Of a stretch of 64,000 nt of DNA, positions 63,854-64,000 are shown one piece after another. The position numbers and the translations under genes were made by a program. Every line of letters starts with the position of its first letter. Positions within the stretch are counted from its first letter, which is position 1. Location of the stretch: positions 23,994,001 through 24,058,000 of the forward strand of contig NC_045138.2 in the NCBI RefSeq assembly GCF_008831285.2. Direction: 5' to 3'. Source of the stretch: Nymphaea colorata. Taxonomy: Eukaryota. The notes below the pieces were generated by a model. The model was given only the letters and a program-made list of their open reading frames with translations. It had not been told where the DNA came from and made no database searches.

Positions 63854-64000
63854 TCCACTACATGCGCTGCGCTGATGGTAGGGACATTGCAGCAAGATCA
63901 TGTCAACCACCGACCATAGCGATCCTTGGCCATGGCCTATTGCGCCTTCTATTACAAGACCACCTCCAGTGTCCGGAGATATGAGGCGTTAACACACAAG

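Overview
Plant (angiosperm) nuclear DNA, rich in transposable elements. One apparently intact protein-coding gene: a 9-exon, two-AP2-domain transcription factor of the euANT/AINTEGUMENTA-like group (26353-33919, +, 598 aa by manual splicing). It has the 9-nt VYL microexon, a GC-AG intron, a stop-free in-frame first intron and unusually diverged AP2 domains, and it is flanked on both sides by decayed partial copies of itself. Around it lies a mosaic of broken, mostly intron-containing fragments of at least eight unrelated host genes: ROS1/DEMETER, a coiled-coil protein fused to the end of the kinase-PP2C gene, a CorA-like transporter, a PIRL LRR protein, Sec14/CRAL-TRIO, GH9 endoglucanase and TIR1/AFB. 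There are five decayed Ty1/copia LTR retrotransposons: two standalone with perfect 5-bp TSDs (966-5485 and 37143-42217) and a three-level nest (about 47293-61270). MITEs, palindromes, short tandem duplications and microsatellites make up the rest. Family calls come from recalled protein motifs, not database searches; splice models and difference counts were done by eye.
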